A DNA stretch of 64,000 bases, from assembly GCF_044377315.1 (NCBI RefSeq), contig NZ_JBILJG010000005.1, positions 32,618-96,617 on the forward strand, written 5' to 3'. Below are positions 54,557 to 64,000 of the stretch, one piece after another. Numbering within the stretch: the stretch's first letter is position 1; every line of letters starts with the position of its first letter. The stretch is from Flavobacterium sp. (GTDB lineage Bacteria; Bacteroidota; Bacteroidia; Flavobacteriales; Flavobacteriaceae). The notes beneath the pieces were generated by a model, which saw nothing but the letters and a program-made list of their open reading frames with translations, was not told the DNA's origin and did no database searches. A program made the translations under genes and the position numbers.

Positions 54557-56284
54557 ATGAAAATTGAACAAAACATTTTAGACAAAGTAAATGAATGGTT
54601 AACTCCACCCTTCGACAACCAAACGCAAGAATCAATCAAAGAAATGATGACTTCGGCTCCGAAAGATTTAGAAGAAAGTTTTTATAAGAATCTTGAATTT
54701 GGAACAGGCGGAATGCGCGGCGTAATGGGTATTGGAACCAATAGAATAAACAAATATACGCTTGGAAAAAACACACAAGGTTTATCAAATTATATGATTA
54801 AATCGTTTCCTGGCGAACAACTAAAAGTTGCCATTGCTTATGATTGCCGTCACAATAGTAATACATTGGCAAAAGTGGTAGCAGATGTTTTTTCGGCAAA
54901 TGGAATTAACGTTTATCTTTTTTCAGATATGCGTCCAACACCTGAATTGTCATTTGCTTTGAAATATTTGAATTGCCATGCAGGAATTGTTCTAACGGCT
55001 TCACATAATCCGCCAGAATATAATGGTTACAAAGTTTACTGGCAAGATGGCGGACAATTAGTGCCACCTCAAGATAAAGAAATTATTCAGGTGATTGAAG
55101 CTTTAAATTATGGCGAAATTAAGTTTGAAGCTAACGAAAATCTGATTGAATATATTGATATTGCTATTGATGAAGCTTTCGCAAAATCGACTGTAGAAAA
55201 TGCAAGTTTCAATACACCAACTGCTGCAAAAGAAAATTTAAAAATTATTTATACTTCGTTACACGGAACTTCTATCAAGGCAATTCCAGGAGTTTTGTCA
55301 AAAGCTGGTTATACTGATGTGAATATTGTTCCTGAACAAGAAGTACCAAATGGCGACTTTCCAACGGTGAAATCTCCAAATCCGGAAGAGCCTGAAGCGC
55401 TTACAATGGCAATAGCATTGGCAGATAAAATTGGTGGTGATATTGTAATTGGAACCGATCCTGATTCAGATAGATTAGGTGTTGCTGTTAGAGATAATGA
55501 CGGGCAAATGATTTTGCTAAATGGTAACCAAACCATGGTAATCATGACCGCATTCTTACTAGAACAATGGAAACGTGCTGGAAAAATTACTGGAAAACAA
55601 TTTATAGGTTCGACAATTGTTTCAACACCAATGATGTTAGAACTAGCTACTGGTTATGGTGTTGAATGCAAAGTTGGATTAACGGGTTTTAAATGGATTG
55701 CAAAATTCATAAAAGATTTTCCAGAATTAGAATTTATTGGTGGTGGCGAAGAAAGTTTCGGATTTATGGTAGGTCATGCTGTTCGTGATAAAGATGCTGT
55801 TGCTGCTAGTTTGTTAGTATGCGAAATTGCCGCTCAAGCCAAAGCATCGGGAACCACTTTATACAATGAATTATTGAATTTATATGTTGATTTCGGATTT
55901 TACAAAGAACATTTAATTTCGTTAACCAAAAAAGGAATTTCAGGAATGCAAGAAATAACTCAAATGATGATTGATTTGAGAGAAAATCCAATGAGTGAAA
56001 TCGATGGTCAACGTGCAGTTTGCATTGAAGATTATGACAATTCGACTTCACGTAACTTGATTACAAATGAAGTAGAAACTCTAAACATTCCGAAATCGAA
56101 CGTGTTGATTTATTATCTTGAAGATGGTTCAAAAATCTGTGCTCGCCCTAGTGGAACTGAACCAAAAATCAAATTCTATTTTAGTGTAAACGCACCATTA
56201 GATAAGGTGGAAAACGCCGAAGAAGTTGAAAAACAATTAGACCAAAAAATTAAAAATATTATAGCAGCAATGCAGTTAAATTAA
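54557..56284 (+). CDS. Phosphoglucomutase/phosphomannomutase family protein
   Basis: 575 aa with the active-site Ser loop TASHNPPEYNGYK, the metal loop GTDPDSDR, and the sugar-binding GGEESFG. Confidence 0.92.
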   Translation: MKIEQNILDKVNEWLTPPFDNQTQESIKEMMTSAPKDLEESFYKNLEFGTGGMRGVMGIGTNRINKYTLGKNTQGLSNYMIKSFPGEQLKVAIAYDCRHNSNTLAKVVADVFSANGINVYLFSDMRPTPELSFALKYLNCHAGIVLTASHNPPEYNGYKVYWQDGGQLVPPQDKEIIQVIEALNYGEIKFEANENLIEYIDIAIDEAFAKSTVENASFNTPTAAKENLKIIYTSLHGTSIKAIPGVLSKAGYTDVNIVPEQEVPNGDFPTVKSPNPEEPEALTMAIALADKIGGDIVIGTDPDSDRLGVAVRDNDGQMILLNGNQTMVIMTAFLLEQWKRAGKITGKQFIGSTIVSTPMMLELATGYGVECKVGLTGFKWIAKFIKDFPELEFIGGGEESFGFMVGHAVRDKDAVAASLLVCEIAAQAKASGTTLYNELLNLYVDFGFYKEHLISLTKKGISGMQEITQMMIDLRENPMSEIDGQRAVCIEDYDNSTSRNLITNEVETLNIPKSNVLIYYLEDGSKICARPSGTEPKIKFYFSVNAPLDKVENAEEVEKQLDQKIKNIIAAMQLN

Positions 56285-58113
56285 TGAAAAAAATAATAGA
56301 GAAACTTAAGCCTTATATTTTACCATTCAAAAGTCATGTGGTATGGAATATTATCTATAATGTTTTGTATGCCCTTTTTGGAACGCTTTCATTTGTTACA
56401 TTATTACCAATGATAAACGTTTTGTTTGACAAAACAACAAAAGTTACCGAAGAGCCAAAATATACAGGTATTGCGGATTTATATAATTACTTAGAAAGTT
56501 CTTTTTACTATAAAGTAACACAACTAACAGAAAATGGAAGTCCACAAATTGCTCTTATGTATGTTGTAGCACTTGTTATTATTACATTTTTATTAAAAAA
56601 CCTATCCGGTTATTTGGCTTCCTATCATATGATGCACCTTCGTAATGGTGTTATGGCGAAGCTAAGAAATGTTATGTATAACAAAATCATCGACTTACCT
56701 ATTTCATTTTATTCTGAAAAAAGGAAAGGTGATGTCATGGCGAGAATGCTTGGCGATGTTGGAGAAGTTCAAAATTCTTTTTTCATGCTTTTAGAACTTA
56801 TCATAAAAGAACCATTGACCATCGTTTTCTCTATTGTAATGATGTTTACTTTTAGCTGGAAATTAACCCTTTTTGTTTTCATTTTTATACCAATTTCTGG
56901 GTTGATAATTTCTATAATTGGTAAAAATCTTAAAGCACAATCACTAAGTGCCCAAAATGAAGGCGGTTATATGATTTCGTTAGTTGAAGAATCTTTATCT
57001 GGATTAAAAGTAGTAAAAAGCTACAATGCTGAAGGAATTTTTAAAAATAGATTTCAAAATTCGGTTACTAGATTGTTGAATTTATCTAACAAAATTGGAA
57101 ATAAAAACAATTTAGCATCGCCATTAAGTGAATTTTTAGGAATAATCACTATCGCAGTTTTATTATTATACGGTGGAACTTTAGTTTTAATTGACAAATC
57201 GCTAGATGGTGCTGTATTTATATCCTTTATGGGATTAGCTTACAATATTTTAACTCCAGCAAAAGCAATTTCAAAAGCTTCTTATGCAGTAAAAAATGGA
57301 GTTGCGGCAGCCGAACGTGTTTTTGAAGTTTTAGAGCAAGAAAACACAATTGATTCTAAAGAAAATGCCATTGTGAAAAATACTTTTGATGATAAGGTTT
57401 CTATTGAAAACATCAATTTTAGATATGGCGAAGAAAATGTATTGAAAAACTTTTCAATTGAAGTTCCAAAAGGAAAAACAGTTGCGCTAGTTGGTCAATC
57501 GGGTTCAGGAAAAAGTACGATTGCTAATTTGCTTACTCGTTTTTATGATGTAAATGAAGGAAGTATCAAAATAGACGGAACTGATATTAGAGATTGGAAT
57601 ATTCATTCGTTAAGAGGATTGATGGGATTGGTAACGCAAGATTCAATCCTATTTAATGATACAATAAAAACCAATTTATTAATCGGAAAACCTGATGCAA
57701 CTGATGAAGAAATAATTGAAGCATTAAAAGTTGCTAATGCCTACGAATTTGTAAAAGATTTGCCAAACGGAATAGAAACAAATATTGGTGATGCTGGCGG
57801 AAAACTTTCTGGTGGACAAAAACAACGTTTGTCAATTGCAAGAGCGGTGTTAAAAAATCCACCAATTATGATTTTGGACGAAGCAACTTCTGCTTTAGAT
57901 ACAGAAAGTGAAAAATTTGTGCAAGTTGCCCTAGAAAACATGATGCAAAATCGAACTTCTATTGTGATTGCGCACCGTCTTTCTACTATTCAAAAAGCAG
58001 ATACTATAATTGTGATGCAAAAAGGCGAAATTGTAGAACAAGGAACACATGCCGAATTATTAGCTAAAGATGGAATGTATTCTAAGCTAGTATTGATGCA
58101 GAGTTTTGAGTAA
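56284..58113 (+). CDS. ABC transporter permease/ATPase (MsbA-like exporter)
   Basis: 609 aa with a six-TM domain followed by an NBD carrying Walker A (GQSGSGKST), the signature LSGGQKQR, and Walker B (ILDEATSALD). The start overlaps the upstream stop by 1 nt (TAATG). Confidence 0.92.
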   Translation: MKKIIEKLKPYILPFKSHVVWNIIYNVLYALFGTLSFVTLLPMINVLFDKTTKVTEEPKYTGIADLYNYLESSFYYKVTQLTENGSPQIALMYVVALVIITFLLKNLSGYLASYHMMHLRNGVMAKLRNVMYNKIIDLPISFYSEKRKGDVMARMLGDVGEVQNSFFMLLELIIKEPLTIVFSIVMMFTFSWKLTLFVFIFIPISGLIISIIGKNLKAQSLSAQNEGGYMISLVEESLSGLKVVKSYNAEGIFKNRFQNSVTRLLNLSNKIGNKNNLASPLSEFLGIITIAVLLLYGGTLVLIDKSLDGAVFISFMGLAYNILTPAKAISKASYAVKNGVAAAERVFEVLEQENTIDSKENAIVKNTFDDKVSIENINFRYGEENVLKNFSIEVPKGKTVALVGQSGSGKSTIANLLTRFYDVNEGSIKIDGTDIRDWNIHSLRGLMGLVTQDSILFNDTIKTNLLIGKPDATDEEIIEALKVANAYEFVKDLPNGIETNIGDAGGKLSGGQKQRLSIARAVLKNPPIMILDEATSALDTESEKFVQVALENMMQNRTSIVIAHRLSTIQKADTIIVMQKGEIVEQGTHAELLAKDGMYSKLVLMQSFE

Positions 58114-58526
58114 GAAGTCGGATGATGGAAGTTTGTAAGTAGTAACTCAAATTTATTTTATATGAAAATAGAATATTTTTTGATCTTGTTTTTGTTGTCT
58201 TCTTTTTTATCTACTTTTTAGTAGAAGACTTTTTAGGCGAAGCAATTTTCAATAAATACCTTAAAAATTATATAACAATTTGGTTAATGATTCCTTTCTT
58301 TTTAGGTCAATATTCAATAAAATTTCTAAAACGTTTTTAAAAAATGTACAATCACAATCCAAATATTACTCTTGCTGAAGATCCTGATATGAATCGTTTG
58401 CTATGTAGCAATTTTAACTCAAAAAAGTGAAAGTTTGGCTATTCAATCAACAATTGGAAGATTGAAAAAAGTTTTAGAAGTTGATTTTGAAATAGAAAAA
58501 TCAGATTTAGAAAGTGCTATTCTGAT

Positions 58527-59240
58527 TTAAATTGGTGAATAATCCTGAACTTTCCAATCTTTAGAACTCAAATCAATAAAGTGATAATGAATAACATCAT
58601 TTTTGTCGAATTCTCCATTTTTATTAGTATCTTCAATACTTCTAAAGTATAAACGATTTTTAGATTCTACTAAATTCCAGTCAATCAATTCCATTATTTC
58701 TTCTGAAACTTTTTTGAAAGATGTACCATCTATTTTGCTTAAATACAAAGATTTTATATCGTTAGAATCTAATTTATCATCTTTATTAGTATCCATATCG
58801 GCTAGAACATAAACCAAAATTTGATTTTTTGTTTTGTCTGCAATTGATTTTAAATAAGTAACTCGTTCAATTAAAACGGGTTTATCGGTTAAAACTCTTA
58901 ATGAATCGGAACCAATTTCTTGAAATTTGAAGTTACTCAAATAACCCGTAATTTCATTTTCACTCGAATTAGATACGGTAAAACTTTCTCTTTCTGAAAC
59001 CGAATAACTTGATTTTGAAACGCCAGCAGCCACACTAAATTCACCTATTGGATGAATCAAAATATTTGTTCCCTCCATTTGTATTGGTAAATCTGCTAAC
59101 AAAATTTTAGGAGTATCTGTTTTAACTCCCGCTTTTTGCTTTGAAGATTCGTAACTAACTTTTGGTTTTAGAACTTCTTCTTTGCAACTAACTAGTGTTA
59201 TTACTAAAGCTAAAAAAGTAAATTTGGATATATTTTTCAT
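58527..59240 (-). CDS. Lipoprotein with two EF-hand-like calcium-binding loops
   Basis: The ATG at 59240 (MKNISKFTFLALVITLVSC) gives a lipobox; the track start at 59264 is TTG. The loops are DTNKDDKLDSND (58758-58793) and DTNKNGEFDKND (58596-58631), both fitting DxNxDxxxDxxD. Confidence 0.65.
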   Translation of the reverse strand: MKNISKFTFLALVITLVSCKEEVLKPKVSYESSKQKAGVKTDTPKILLADLPIQMEGTNILIHPIGEFSVAAGVSKSSYSVSERESFTVSNSSENEITGYLSNFKFQEIGSDSLRVLTDKPVLIERVTYLKSIADKTKNQILVYVLADMDTNKDDKLDSNDIKSLYLSKIDGTSFKKVSEEIMELIDWNLVESKNRLYFRSIEDTNKNGEFDKNDVIHYHFIDLSSKDWKVQDYSPI

Positions 59241-59280
59241 TTGAATAGAAAATTTATAAGTCAAAAATAATGAAATTTTT

Positions 59281-61746
59281 CTATAATCTTGCGGTTAACT
59301 TGATATTAAAAACTCTAGTGGTCATATAGTTGGGAATTCCGTATTGATTTTTGGTATAAACATCTCTAACCCAAGTATTCGTTATCGCATTTTGATTGTT
59401 AAAAAGATTAAAAATTTCAAATCCTGCCGATAAATCTTTAAAGTTTTTCAACCAATGCCCTTCTCGCCTATTTTTGTTGTTTTCGGTAAAAACATATGAG
59501 AATCCAGCATCTGCTCTTCGGTAATCTCTTAGTCTATTTTGGTATTCATAAACATCGGCATACGATGGCGAGCCACCAGGCAAACCTGTATTATAAACTA
59601 AATTCAAATACATTTTGACACTTGGAATATTAGGCATATAATCCTGAAACAAAATTGCAAATTTCAATCGCTGATCGGTTGGTCGTGCAATATCTCCTCT
59701 ATTATCAATGTTTTCTTTTGTTTTTAGATAACCAAAACTTAACCATGATTCTGTTCCTGGAACAAATTCTCCATTTAGTCTAAAATCTAGCCCTTGTGCA
59801 AAAGCCACCGCATTATTATTGGCAGCATATCGAATTCTTACATTCTCAATAGTGTACGGATTTACATCGGTCATCGATTTATAATAAGCTTCTGAAACCA
59901 ACTTAAATGGTCTATCCCACATTTTGAAACTATAATCATTACTTAAAACAAAATGAATAGATTTTTGGGCCTTAACATTTGGATTTACAAGACCATTTCT
60001 ATCACGCAGTTCTCTATAAGAAGGTGGCTGGTAGTACAATCCTGAAGAAAATCTAAAAATCATATCTTTTTCCCAATCAGGTTTTATAGCAAATTGCGCT
60101 CTTGGCGTAAAAACTACTTGACTATCGCCGTTTATATTATCGCCTGAAACTTGCCATTGATGCACTCTAACTCCAGCATTATACCAAACATCGCTTGAAC
60201 CTATTTTGTCTTTCAAACTCCATTGTGCGTATCCCGATAATCTATTAATTACTGCAAAATTTTTGGCTCTAACATTTTGATAAGGAACAAGTGGACCAAG
60301 GTAAGGATTGTAGGGTTGGTCATTATTTGGCAAAACATGTGGCGGATTTATTGAAAAACCTGCTGAATCTATCACTTCCCATTCGATAATTCTATCTCGA
60401 ATATCTTCGCGAGTATATTTAAAACCCCACTCTACTTGATGCGATTTTATATCATGATTTCCTTTTACTTCAGCATTTACAATTACGGCATCTAAATCGT
60501 TTCTGGCATGATTTAACTGCGTACCTATTGCACGACTGTAAGTAACATCTCCAAAAGTTTCGGAACCTAAATTTCCATCAACTTCGCCTAAAGCATAACC
60601 GGCAAAAATGTCAAAATATTCTTGTTCTTGCGTGTGATATCCAGATGTTATAAACTTAAGTGTAAAATTTTCATTGACTTTATGAACTGCTTTTAATGCT
60701 CCAAAAAGTGTGGTGAATTTATTTTTTTCTTGTCCTTGATAAAGAACCTGCAAAGCTATTGGATCGTCAATTGTTCCAAAATTGGTTTGGCGAGATAATG
60801 GTTTGTAGTTGTATTTATTTTGAGAAACATTACCAAGAAAACTCCATTGCCATTTTAGCGAAGGCGTAAAAATAACATTGGTCTGGATATCGGCAAAAGT
60901 AGGTCTAAAATCAATTTCAGTTTCTTGACTATTTACCAGCAAACTATTATCGCGATACCGAACTCCTGTAATAGCTGACCATTTTTGATTTTTTGAAACG
61001 GCATCAACTGCTACACTACCTCCAAGAAGACTTGCTTCGGCTGCTGCTCCAAACTTAGATGGACGACGATATGTAATATCTAAAACAGAGGATAATTTAT
61101 CGCCATATTTAGCTTGAAATCCTCCAGCAGAAAAGTCAACATTTTGAACCAAATCTGAATTGGTAAAACTCAACCCTTCTTGTTGACCCGAACGGACTAA
61201 AAACGGACGGTAGATTTCAATATCATTTACATAAACCAAATTTTCGTCATAATTTCCGCCGCGAACTGAATATTGTGTACTCAATTCGTTATTAGAGTTT
61301 ACACCTGGAAGTGTTTTAATAATATTTTCTATTCCGGCATTTGCTCCAGGAATTCTTCTAATAACTTCGGGTTCAATAACTGTAATTCCTTGAACTCTTT
61401 TTCTATTATTAGACGTTACAATAACTTCGCCAAGACCTTCAGATTTGTCATTCATTACAATATTGAGTTCGTAATCTTCATTGGGTTTTAGCTCCACATT
61501 AACCGTAATTTTTTTTAATGATGTATGAGTAAAAACCAAACTCACTTTTCTGTTAGCTGGAATTATCAATTCATAAAAACCTGTTTCATCGGTAATTGTA
61601 TTTTTAAAAGCGGAACTAATATTTACAATATCAACTGGAGTATTGTATTCATCTAGCACAATACCTTTCACTCTAGCTGTTTGCGCAAAAGATAGGAATC
61701 CGAAGAATAAAAAAAGAATGGGAATAATTTTAATTGAATTTTTCAA
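59281..61746 (-). CDS. TonB-dependent receptor-like outer-membrane protein with a carboxypeptidase-regulatory-like N-domain
   Basis: 821 aa with a signal peptide, a CarbopepD_reg-like block (ARVKGIVLDEYNTPVDIVNI), a plug region (..IENIIKTLPGVNSNNELSTQYSVRGGNYDENLVYVNDIEIY), and a long beta-barrel. Confidence 0.85.
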   Translation of the reverse strand: MKNSIKIIPILFLFFGFLSFAQTARVKGIVLDEYNTPVDIVNISSAFKNTITDETGFYELIIPANRKVSLVFTHTSLKKITVNVELKPNEDYELNIVMNDKSEGLGEVIVTSNNRKRVQGITVIEPEVIRRIPGANAGIENIIKTLPGVNSNNELSTQYSVRGGNYDENLVYVNDIEIYRPFLVRSGQQEGLSFTNSDLVQNVDFSAGGFQAKYGDKLSSVLDITYRRPSKFGAAAEASLLGGSVAVDAVSKNQKWSAITGVRYRDNSLLVNSQETEIDFRPTFADIQTNVIFTPSLKWQWSFLGNVSQNKYNYKPLSRQTNFGTIDDPIALQVLYQGQEKNKFTTLFGALKAVHKVNENFTLKFITSGYHTQEQEYFDIFAGYALGEVDGNLGSETFGDVTYSRAIGTQLNHARNDLDAVIVNAEVKGNHDIKSHQVEWGFKYTREDIRDRIIEWEVIDSAGFSINPPHVLPNNDQPYNPYLGPLVPYQNVRAKNFAVINRLSGYAQWSLKDKIGSSDVWYNAGVRVHQWQVSGDNINGDSQVVFTPRAQFAIKPDWEKDMIFRFSSGLYYQPPSYRELRDRNGLVNPNVKAQKSIHFVLSNDYSFKMWDRPFKLVSEAYYKSMTDVNPYTIENVRIRYAANNNAVAFAQGLDFRLNGEFVPGTESWLSFGYLKTKENIDNRGDIARPTDQRLKFAILFQDYMPNIPSVKMYLNLVYNTGLPGGSPSYADVYEYQNRLRDYRRADAGFSYVFTENNKNRREGHWLKNFKDLSAGFEIFNLFNNQNAITNTWVRDVYTKNQYGIPNYMTTRVFNIKLTARL

Positions 61747-61752
61747 GGCGTG

Positions 61753-63438
61753 TTATTTAGTTTTTTTTCTTTTAAATGTAGTTTCAAATGTAGTTGAATT
61801 TCCAACATTATCAGTAACAATTACTTTTAAAATATTGTCACCATCTACAACGTAATTATCATCAAAAAAGTGTGTGATTTTTCTAGTTTTTAATTCATAT
61901 TCAAAAAGAACCCATTTGTCGTTCAAATATCCTTTGTATGAATTAATACCCGACAAATCATCACTTATTGTTAATTGAACAGACTTAGCGGCGAGCAACT
62001 TGCCTTGAATTGATTTTGCAATTGAAATTTTTGGTGCTATACTATCTTTAGCAAGTGTAAATTGTCCCAAACTTTTTGTTCTACATGAGAAAGTGTTTCC
62101 ATTTACTTTTGTCGAAATATAACTTAGTTTTTTACCTATACGAGTAGCAATAAACATTTTCTTTTTCTGTTCAGCAGTAGTAGATTTGTCTTCTATTGAA
62201 ATTGTAAAATTAGAATGCACTGGAACACTGTCGTCATGCAAGAAAAGCTCATTGCCTTTCACATCAAAGTTCAAATAAAAATCTTCGTAAAAGGTATTGG
62301 CCGGAAAGAAAACAGACACATTATCTTTTTCAAAACTTGAATCATTTTTATATTTTACAAAATATTTAGTTTTTTTACTATCCTTAGAAATCACTGCAGG
62401 TTTATCAGAATACTCAACAGGGATAGTTATAACTGTACTATTATTATTAAAATCTGAAACTTCTAAATATTCTGTTTGAGAAAAATTTTTAACCACATTA
62501 AAGATTCCGTTGTCTTCATTTTTTTCAATATTACTCAAACTAAAAGGCTCTTTCATAAACAATTTTTGTACTCTTTGCTTACTTGCTTTATATCGCTTAT
62601 AATCTATAAAAGCATTGATATACCTTGCTTCATCAAAAGCCAATTCGTCAAATTTATAACCATAAACTAATTTTCCATTAGAAATCAATTGGGTTCTAAA
62701 AACGCCATTAGCATTATAGGAAACATCATCTGTATCATAAGAGCTAACACCAAAACCAATTCTTCCATTGGCAAAAACTTTATCCGAAAGATACGTTCCA
62801 TCTTTTTGCAAAGTCAAACCTACTACTACTGGACGCATAGATTCATTTACAGTCGAACTATCATCAATAGGATATGCCAAAAGACTTGATATTATTGGCT
62901 TTTTAGTATCTTTTATCGAAAAAAAAGAACTTGGATTAATGACTTTTTCAGTATCGGCATTTCTAATTTCAAAATGCAAATGTGGACCATCAGAACCACC
63001 CGTATTTCCTGAAAAGGCAATTAAATCCCCTTTTTTAACAACAAGATCATTTAGCTTTGGAAAAACTTCAATTTCATATTCTTTTTGTTTGTATTGCTCG
63101 GCAACAATAAAATCCTGAATGGTTCCAGATGCTCTTTGCAAATGACCGTAAACAGTTACGTAACCATTAGGATGCGTTATATAAATTGCTTTTCCATAAC
63201 CATAAAGTGATATTTTTATTCTCGAAATATATCCATCAGCGCAAGCATACACTTTTTGTCCTTCAACTTTATTGGTTTTTAGATCAAATCCTACATGAAA
63301 GTGGTTGGTACGTAATTCGCCAAAATTTCCAGATAATTGCATCGGAATGTCCATAGGTGGTCTAAAATAATCTTTAGTATAAAGGTTTTGAGCTGAAACA
63401 CTCATGGAAAACAAAACAAAAAAGACAACAAATTTCAT
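61753..63438 (-). CDS. M23 family metallopeptidase with a large C-terminal extension
   Basis: 561 aa with a signal peptide. The M23 motifs are HVGFDL (HxxxD) and GPHLHFEI (HxH). Its stop lies 6 nt before the receptor start. Confidence 0.88.
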   Translation of the reverse strand: MKFVVFFVLFSMSVSAQNLYTKDYFRPPMDIPMQLSGNFGELRTNHFHVGFDLKTNKVEGQKVYACADGYISRIKISLYGYGKAIYITHPNGYVTVYGHLQRASGTIQDFIVAEQYKQKEYEIEVFPKLNDLVVKKGDLIAFSGNTGGSDGPHLHFEIRNADTEKVINPSSFFSIKDTKKPIISSLLAYPIDDSSTVNESMRPVVVGLTLQKDGTYLSDKVFANGRIGFGVSSYDTDDVSYNANGVFRTQLISNGKLVYGYKFDELAFDEARYINAFIDYKRYKASKQRVQKLFMKEPFSLSNIEKNEDNGIFNVVKNFSQTEYLEVSDFNNNSTVITIPVEYSDKPAVISKDSKKTKYFVKYKNDSSFEKDNVSVFFPANTFYEDFYLNFDVKGNELFLHDDSVPVHSNFTISIEDKSTTAEQKKKMFIATRIGKKLSYISTKVNGNTFSCRTKSLGQFTLAKDSIAPKISIAKSIQGKLLAAKSVQLTISDDLSGINSYKGYLNDKWVLFEYELKTRKITHFFDDNYVVDGDNILKVIVTDNVGNSTTFETTFKRKKTK

Positions 63439-63588
63439 AAAAAAGCTTTTGGCTAAAATAGCAAAAAAACTTAAATTCCAAAAAAGAGAAATTTTTATTT
63501 AAAAAACTAAAATACAGATAGTTAACATAAAACTGTTTAGAAATTTAAAATATTTATCAAAAGTATTGGTTTAATTCAATCATAATAC

Positions 63589-63596
63589 TAACTTTG
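63589..63596 (+). promoter_or_regulatory. -7 promoter box (TAACTTTG) for the coiled-coil/zapA pair
   Basis: Matches TAnnTTTG, 29 nt upstream of the ATG. Confidence 0.5.
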
Positions 63597-63625
63597 TAGA
63601 GATAAGTTAAAGAACTTTGCAATAG

Positions 63626-63916
63626 ATGAGTGAAATTGTAGAAATTATTGATACTCTTGAGGGAAGGCTAAAAAAACTAGTACAAAAGTTAGTTGTTTTA
63701 GAGCAAAAAAATTCCGAATTAAGTCAAGAGTTGAGTAAAACTGCAGTGCTTTATAAAAATCAGTCACAACAGATTGAAGAATTAAAAAAGCAAAACGAAT
63801 CACTAAAAATTGCAAAATCTTTGCTTGGCAGTGACGAAAACAAAAGAGATACAAAGCTTAAAATAAATTCATTAATTCGTGAAATTGATTACTGTATAGC
63901 GCAACTAGCAGATTAA
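63626..63916 (+). CDS. Coiled-coil protein upstream of zapA (possible cell-division factor)
   Basis: 96 aa with a heptad-rich sequence (LEGRLKKLVQKLVVLEQKNSELSQEL..IEELKKQNESLKIAKS). The stop lies 4 nt before the zapA-like start. Confidence 0.55.
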   Translation: MSEIVEIIDTLEGRLKKLVQKLVVLEQKNSELSQELSKTAVLYKNQSQQIEELKKQNESLKIAKSLLGSDENKRDTKLKINSLIREIDYCIAQLAD

Positions 63917-63920
63917 AATT

Positions 63921-64000
63921 ATGGACGAAAAGCTTAAAATCAAAATATCAATAGCAGACAGAGTGTATCCGTTAACGGTTACCATGTCGCAGGAAGAAGG
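63921..64000 (+). CDS. zapA: Cell division protein ZapA, 5' partial (runs off the window)
   Basis: MDEKLKIKISIADRVYPLTVTMSQEE.. matches the ZapA N-terminal pattern (I.I.gR.Y.l.v..eeE). Only 26 codons are visible. Confidence 0.55.
   Translation, partial: MDEKLKIKISIADRVYPLTVTMSQEE

Noticed and set aside
54371-54571. 66-aa minus-strand ORF upstream of the phosphoglucomutase gene
   Set aside because: It is composed largely of the reverse complement of repeat element copy E and its AT-rich hairpin, so it is a translation artefact of the repeat.
1-64000. CRISPR arrays, rRNA genes, integrases, transposases and prophage blocks
   Set aside because: Scanning found no regularly spaced 25-40 bp direct repeats with unique spacers. 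All tandem repeats found are 8-15 bp units with at most 4 copies, or are coding repeats. No ORF shows recombinase or transposase motifs. The only mobile-element traces are the HNH-like gene and the decayed HigA-like and ORF6N fragments.

Overview
AT-rich chromosomal segment of a Flavobacteriaceae-type bacterium, most likely Flavobacterium. The assignment rests on T9SS type B C-terminal sorting domains, TAnnTTTG (-7) promoter boxes in front of most genes, little or no Shine-Dalgarno signal, and the gene content. The window is tightly packed and mostly housekeeping: typA, rpsT, proS, rimO, trxB, udk, methylmalonyl-CoA mutase, trmD, rplS, icd, murQ, hemN, carB, rpmH, mtaB, rpmE2, a phosphoglucomutase, an MsbA-like ABC exporter, and zapA at the edge. 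I call about 55 intact CDS, 3 tRNAs (a tandem tRNA-Glu pair and tRNA-Pro) and 3 decayed gene relics. I see no rRNA, CRISPR array, integrase, transposase or prophage. I found no obvious multi-gene novel system such as a defence island. The items most worth a second look are: (1) an extremely Trp/Gly/Asn-rich repeat lipoprotein in an apparent operon with a FadL/PorV-like beta-barrel; (2) a dispersed 70-95 bp intergenic palindromic element family (5 clear copies plus 1 degenerate) whose hairpins carry compensatory substitutions, one copy being flanked by a 10-bp direct repeat; (3) a free-standing NUMOD4/HNH-like gene followed by a very acidic 75-aa protein; (4) a tandem pair of large T9SS type B cargo proteins with no adjacent PorP/SprF partner; (5) two small decay zones holding a HigA-like fragment, a CsaA-like pseudogene and an ORF6N pseudogene; (6) several candidate cis-regulatory structures, namely an FNR-like box upstream of hemN, rpmE2 and rpmH leader hairpins, an octamer repeat in a 5' UTR, and apparently leaderless promoters. 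All family assignments come from reading motifs by eye. No database search was run.
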